Below, piece after piece: positions 8,252 through 11,914 of a stretch of DNA of 11,914 nt; position 1 is the stretch's first letter; every line of letters starts with the position of its first letter. A program made the translations under genes and the position numbers. The notes below the pieces were generated by a model that was not told where the DNA came from, ran no database searches, and saw only the letters and a program-made list of their open reading frames with translations. The stretch covers positions 1 to 11,914 of the forward strand of contig JBHGNT010001117.1 in NCBI GenBank assembly GCA_043228905.1. Reading direction: 5' to 3'. Source of the stretch: Azolla caroliniana (Eukaryota; Plantae; Polypodiophyta).

Positions 8252-8535
8252 TGTCGAATACCTGTGTATAATGGACGTATTCACACCATCCCGTTTTGGC
8301 CATTTATGTAATTAGCATAAAGGGCAGTTGCCCTAAGTCGGTCACTATATATAGTGACCTTGTAACCTCTTTGTGAGGTTGGTTGTTGTATTATTTGCTT
8401 TATGAAATAAAGACTCTTTTGTGCCTCTCTCTCTCTCTCTCTCTCTGTGCAACGACCTACATTCTGTCATACGCAGGGAATAAACAGGAATCGAGTGCTT
8501 CTTGATCTTCCGCACTGACGACATTGCTTCCAACA
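8252..8535 (+). repeat. 5' LTR of copia copy 2 (284 bp)
   Basis: TGTCG...CAACA termini, homology to 4003-4308, and PBS 2 nt downstream. Contains a TATA box inside palindrome 8340-8359, AATAAA 8406-8411 and (CT)11 8425-8446. Confidence 0.93.
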
Positions 8536-8537
8536 TC

Positions 8538-8549
8538 TGGTATCAGAGC
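8538..8549 (+). other. Primer binding site for initiator tRNA-Met
   Basis: TGGTATCAGAGC, the canonical plant tRNAi-Met PBS, 2 nt after the LTR end. Confidence 0.95.
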
Positions 8550-9126
8550 TTGCACAGTAGTCGGTCCTTCAATCCGTTGTCGGCCGTCGTCTCTGCATTC
8601 GGTTTCCTGCGTCATTCGAAGAAAGAGAGAAGAAGAACAAAAACGAGGTTTGCACCTCATCGCGTTAGATCCCCTTGCTTGGAGTAAGCCAGCAGGTTGT
8701 ACTCTGTCCCTTGTGATCGTAACCGCTCGAGGTGAAATCCCCTTGTGCAACCTTGACAACAACCCAAATTCGTGCTTCATCTGGCTGATCGACATTCGGG
8801 AGGATCAGTCGGATCCGTCTCTCTCATCGCTGCAGTCAACCGAAGCAGAATCGGTCCCGATAATCGGTTTCAATAATCGGTATTCGGCATATATATCCGA
8901 AGCGAACCAGGCTCACTCCGACTCGGCGACATTCGGGAAGACCAGTCGGTTCTGTCCCTCAAGTTACCGGAATCAATTCGAGCAAGTTCAACAATACATA
9001 TATCCGAAGCCGAACCGACTCGGGTTCAAATCCGACTAGAACGATATCGGGTGAGCCAACCGGCTGCACTCCAACAAGGTTCCCAGTCAACTCCGAACCG
9101 AGCTTTGTCAACCAAAACCGAATTTG

Positions 9127-11914
9127 ATGGCATCAACATCCGGCTCGTCAGAAATGAGTCTACGAAAGTTCGATGGATCGAACTTCAACTTCTGGAAGGA
9201 ACAAATGCAGGACTATCTCATAGTCAAGGGACAAATCGATCCCATCGAAAATGAAGAACCTCCAGAAGGATACAAACCAATGGAGTGGCAGAAGCTGGAC
9301 AGAATCGTCCGCGCCACGATTCGGATGCACCTATCGGAATCGGTATACTTTACGGTGCAATCGTGTACGACAACATTCGAACTGTGGAAAACACTGTCGG
9401 ACACTTACGAAAAGAAGGTCGCCGCAACGAAGATGTTTCTGATCCGGCGCCTCTACAACTTGCGGATGAAAGAATCCGATTCGGTTCAAGCACACCTCAA
9501 TGAGTACGAAAGCATAAGCTCCCAAATCTCGTCACAGGGGACGGCAATCGAGGATGAACTCAGAGCAATGATACTCATGAGCAGCCTTCCCTCATCATGG
9601 GAAACTTTCGTCACAACCGTGTGCAACGCGTCAACCACGGCTGTTAAATACTCCGAAGTCACGAGCGCAATCCTGACCGAAGCAGCTCGGAGAAAGTCTT
9701 TCGCCAAAGACTCAACAGACGACGCTTACGTAGTACAAGGTTCGATAGACCGATCGAACATACGAGGAAGAGATTCCTCACGACCGCCGAACAATCAGCG
9801 AAGACGGAGCCAGTCACGGGATAACCGAATCTGCAACTATTGCAAGAAACCCGGACACATCAAAGCCGACTGCCGCGCACTCAAGAACAAGAACAACAAG
9901 AAGAGTGGCCGGCATGAGGAGATCAATTACGTCAGCTCCTCAGCTGATGTACTACCGGACGACCCGAATATACTATCAATCGAAAATCCAGTCGGATCAG
10001 AAGTTCTGCTCACGACTGAAGAATCGAGCACATGGCTCTTGGATTCGGGCGCGTCATTTCATGTGACTCCTCATCGGTCCCAATTTCGGCAATATACGAT
10101 CCGTCACTCCGACTCAGTTCGGGTCGGCAACTCACAACACTGTGACATCATCGGAATCGGCACAGTAGAGCTCAACCTTGCAGGTGGCTCTACACTTGTA
10201 CTCCACAATGTCCGACATGTACCCGAGCTCTCAAGGCCATTGATCTCAGTCGGACAACTAGATGAAGACGGCATTCGTGCCGGTTTTTCTTCGGGAGGGT
10301 GGACACTCCACAGGGGGAACCTCTTGCTTGCTAGAGGACCCAAGATACACTCCCTGTATCCGTTACATGTTACGCTCAGAGAGGGTAACCTGTTTTTGGT
10401 GGATATTCCTGTGTCATCACTATGGCACAGAAGATTAGGACACCTCAGCAAGGCCGGCATCACGCACCTATCTAGAGCCGGATACATCCCCAAACTCTCC
10501 TTCTCCGACCATCAATTTTGCGAGCATTGCCAGTATGGCAAACAAGCAGCCGGATCACACCCGACATCAGCACCAAGAGAAACGAGACCTCTCGATTTAG
10601 TCCATTCGGACGTCTGTGGCCCAATGCCGCATCAGTCTCTAGGCGGTGCCTCTTACTTCGTCACTTTCATTGACGATTCGACTCGAAAGGTGTGGGCTTA
10701 TCCGATTCGCACCAAAGATCGGGTCTTCTCGATCTTCTCAGATTGGCTCGCTATGGTAGAAAATCAAACCGACCGAAAGCTGAAATGCCTTCGGACCGAC
10801 AATGGGGGAGAGTTCAAATCCGAAGAATTCGTCAAATTCTGCCGACAACGCGGCATCCGACGTGAATTTACGGCACCACACAGTCCGGAGCAAAACGGGA
10901 TTGCAGAACGAATGAATCGGACAATCCAAGAACGGATAGTTTCCATGCTCCAACACTCCCGACTGTCGGATGGCTTCTGGGCAGAGGCTCTACTCACGGC
11001 AATACACATAATCAATATGTCGCCAAGTAGACCTCTAGGACTTCAAATTCCTCAGGAACTATGGATCGGCAGCAAGCCGAATTACGACAAGCTGAGGATC
11101 TTCGGATGCGAGGCGTACGCCCTTATTTCGAAAGATGATCGCCGAAAACTTGCACCTCGGTCCAGGAAATGCATTTTCCTTGGATATGGATCAGACGGCG
11201 AAATGGGATACCGACTCTGGGACCCCGAACGCAGACAAATCGTTCGAAGTTCGGACGTTGTGTTCAACGAGTCGGCTATGAATCCATCAGTCGAAAAACC
11301 GATCGAAGTCCGAAGGGTAACATTCTCCGATGTGCCGACCCTTCAAGAAGGCCCCGCTCTCAACACACGGTCAGCTTCACGGGTAGCTGAACCTTATACT
11401 ACCGACTCGGACAACTCTGACTCGGCACAGCCGAATGTTTCGGTTTCGGACCATCCGACCTCGATACCCGATGCGACCAGTCCAATCATACCTCGACGAT
11501 CCGAGAGACTGTCGCAACCTCCGGAGAGGTATTCTCCTGGAATTTTCTTCACCGACGCCGGCGAACCGACGTCTTACGAAGAAGCATCGACATCTGTCGA
11601 TTCGGCCACCTGGCATCTGGCGATGGAGTCGGAAATGCACTCCATCCGGGCAAACAAGACTTGGGATCTGGTCGAATTACCTAGGAACCGACGTGCTCTT
11701 CCTTGCAAGTGGGTTTATCGACTAAAAGAGACGTCTGATTCGACCACCCCAAAGTACAAGGCCAGATTAGTTGCGAAGGGCTTCCGACAAGAATATGGCG
11801 TCGACTTCGACGAGATTTTTTCACCAGTGGTGAAAATGACAACCCTTCGTTTTCTGCTCGGCGTCGTGGCAGCCGACAACTTGGAGCTGATTCAGCTAGA
11901 TGTCAAAACAGCCT
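9127..11914 (+). CDS. gag-pol: Copia Gag-Pol polyprotein, 3'-partial (929 codons without a stop)
   Basis: Translated by hand from ATG 9127: MASTSGSSEMSLRKFDGSNFNFWKEQMQDYL..., CNYCKKPGHIKADC (9832-9873), WLLDSGAS, LWHRRLGH...CEHC, integrase HSDVCG / RTDNGGEF / AERMNR, KCIFLGY, RT KARLVAKGF...QLDVKTA. An alternative start is ATG 9154. Confidence 0.96.
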   Translation, partial: MASTSGSSEMSLRKFDGSNFNFWKEQMQDYLIVKGQIDPIENEEPPEGYKPMEWQKLDRIVRATIRMHLSESVYFTVQSCTTTFELWKTLSDTYEKKVAATKMFLIRRLYNLRMKESDSVQAHLNEYESISSQISSQGTAIEDELRAMILMSSLPSSWETFVTTVCNASTTAVKYSEVTSAILTEAARRKSFAKDSTDDAYVVQGSIDRSNIRGRDSSRPPNNQRRRSQSRDNRICNYCKKPGHIKADCRALKNKNNKKSGRHEEINYVSSSADVLPDDPNILSIENPVGSEVLLTTEESSTWLLDSGASFHVTPHRSQFRQYTIRHSDSVRVGNSQHCDIIGIGTVELNLAGGSTLVLHNVRHVPELSRPLISVGQLDEDGIRAGFSSGGWTLHRGNLLLARGPKIHSLYPLHVTLREGNLFLVDIPVSSLWHRRLGHLSKAGITHLSRAGYIPKLSFSDHQFCEHCQYGKQAAGSHPTSAPRETRPLDLVHSDVCGPMPHQSLGGASYFVTFIDDSTRKVWAYPIRTKDRVFSIFSDWLAMVENQTDRKLKCLRTDNGGEFKSEEFVKFCRQRGIRREFTAPHSPEQNGIAERMNRTIQERIVSMLQHSRLSDGFWAEALLTAIHIINMSPSRPLGLQIPQELWIGSKPNYDKLRIFGCEAYALISKDDRRKLAPRSRKCIFLGYGSDGEMGYRLWDPERRQIVRSSDVVFNESAMNPSVEKPIEVRRVTFSDVPTLQEGPALNTRSASRVAEPYTTDSDNSDSAQPNVSVSDHPTSIPDATSPIIPRRSERLSQPPERYSPGIFFTDAGEPTSYEEASTSVDSATWHLAMESEMHSIRANKTWDLVELPRNRRALPCKWVYRLKETSDSTTPKYKARLVAKGFRQEYGVDFDEIFSPVVKMTTLRFLLGVVAADNLELIQLDVKTA

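Larger units (their letters stand above)
8252..11914 (+). mobile_element. Ty1/copia LTR retrotransposon, copy 2 (intact as far as visible; runs off the window)
   Basis: TG...CA 5' LTR, PBS, leader and open gag-pol. Interrupts family A RT. Confidence 0.97.

Noticed and set aside
4003-8535. The two copia LTRs as ends of one element carrying gypsy cargo
   Set aside because: The PPT precedes the first LTR and the PBS follows the second, so they are the 3' LTR of copy 1 and the 5' LTR of copy 2. They are also clearly diverged.
9023-9033. Perfect B-box-like GGTTCAAATCC in the copia leader
   Set aside because: No convincing A-box at tRNA spacing and no cloverleaf. A lone 11-mer is insufficient.
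8524-9039. 171-aa ORF in the copia leader (possible extra upstream ORF)
   Set aside because: It starts at TTG inside the LTR, crosses the PBS and has no recognisable motif. There is no second copy here to test conservation.

Overview
The window is entirely nested LTR-retrotransposon DNA from a plant genome. A moss or other non-seed plant is the likeliest source, inferred from the element types and the CG/CHG decay pattern. No host gene is evident. From left to right: (1) a decayed Ty1/copia element, from mid-gag to RNase H plus PPT and 3' LTR (1-4308, +); (2) the decayed Ty3/gypsy 'family A' pol that it interrupts (RT, RNase H, start of integrase; 4309-5994, +); (3) the 3' end of a chromovirus ('family B': integrase, GPY/F, chromodomain, PPT, 432-bp LTR; 5995-~7662, -) inserted into family A; (4) a second family A RT/RNase H fragment (~7663-8251, -) fused out of frame to the chromovirus integrase; (5) a much better preserved copy of the same copia family, with 5' LTR 8252-8535, tRNAi-Met PBS and an uninterrupted gag-pol ORF from 9127 off the window end, which the ORF track misses. 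I see no new protein system. The most unusual signals are in the LTRs. The chromovirus LTR carries a 10-unit phased heat-shock-element array next to its TATA box and an antisense tRNA-like A-box/B-box segment at its outer end. The copia LTR carries a conserved string of palindromes enclosing its TATA box.
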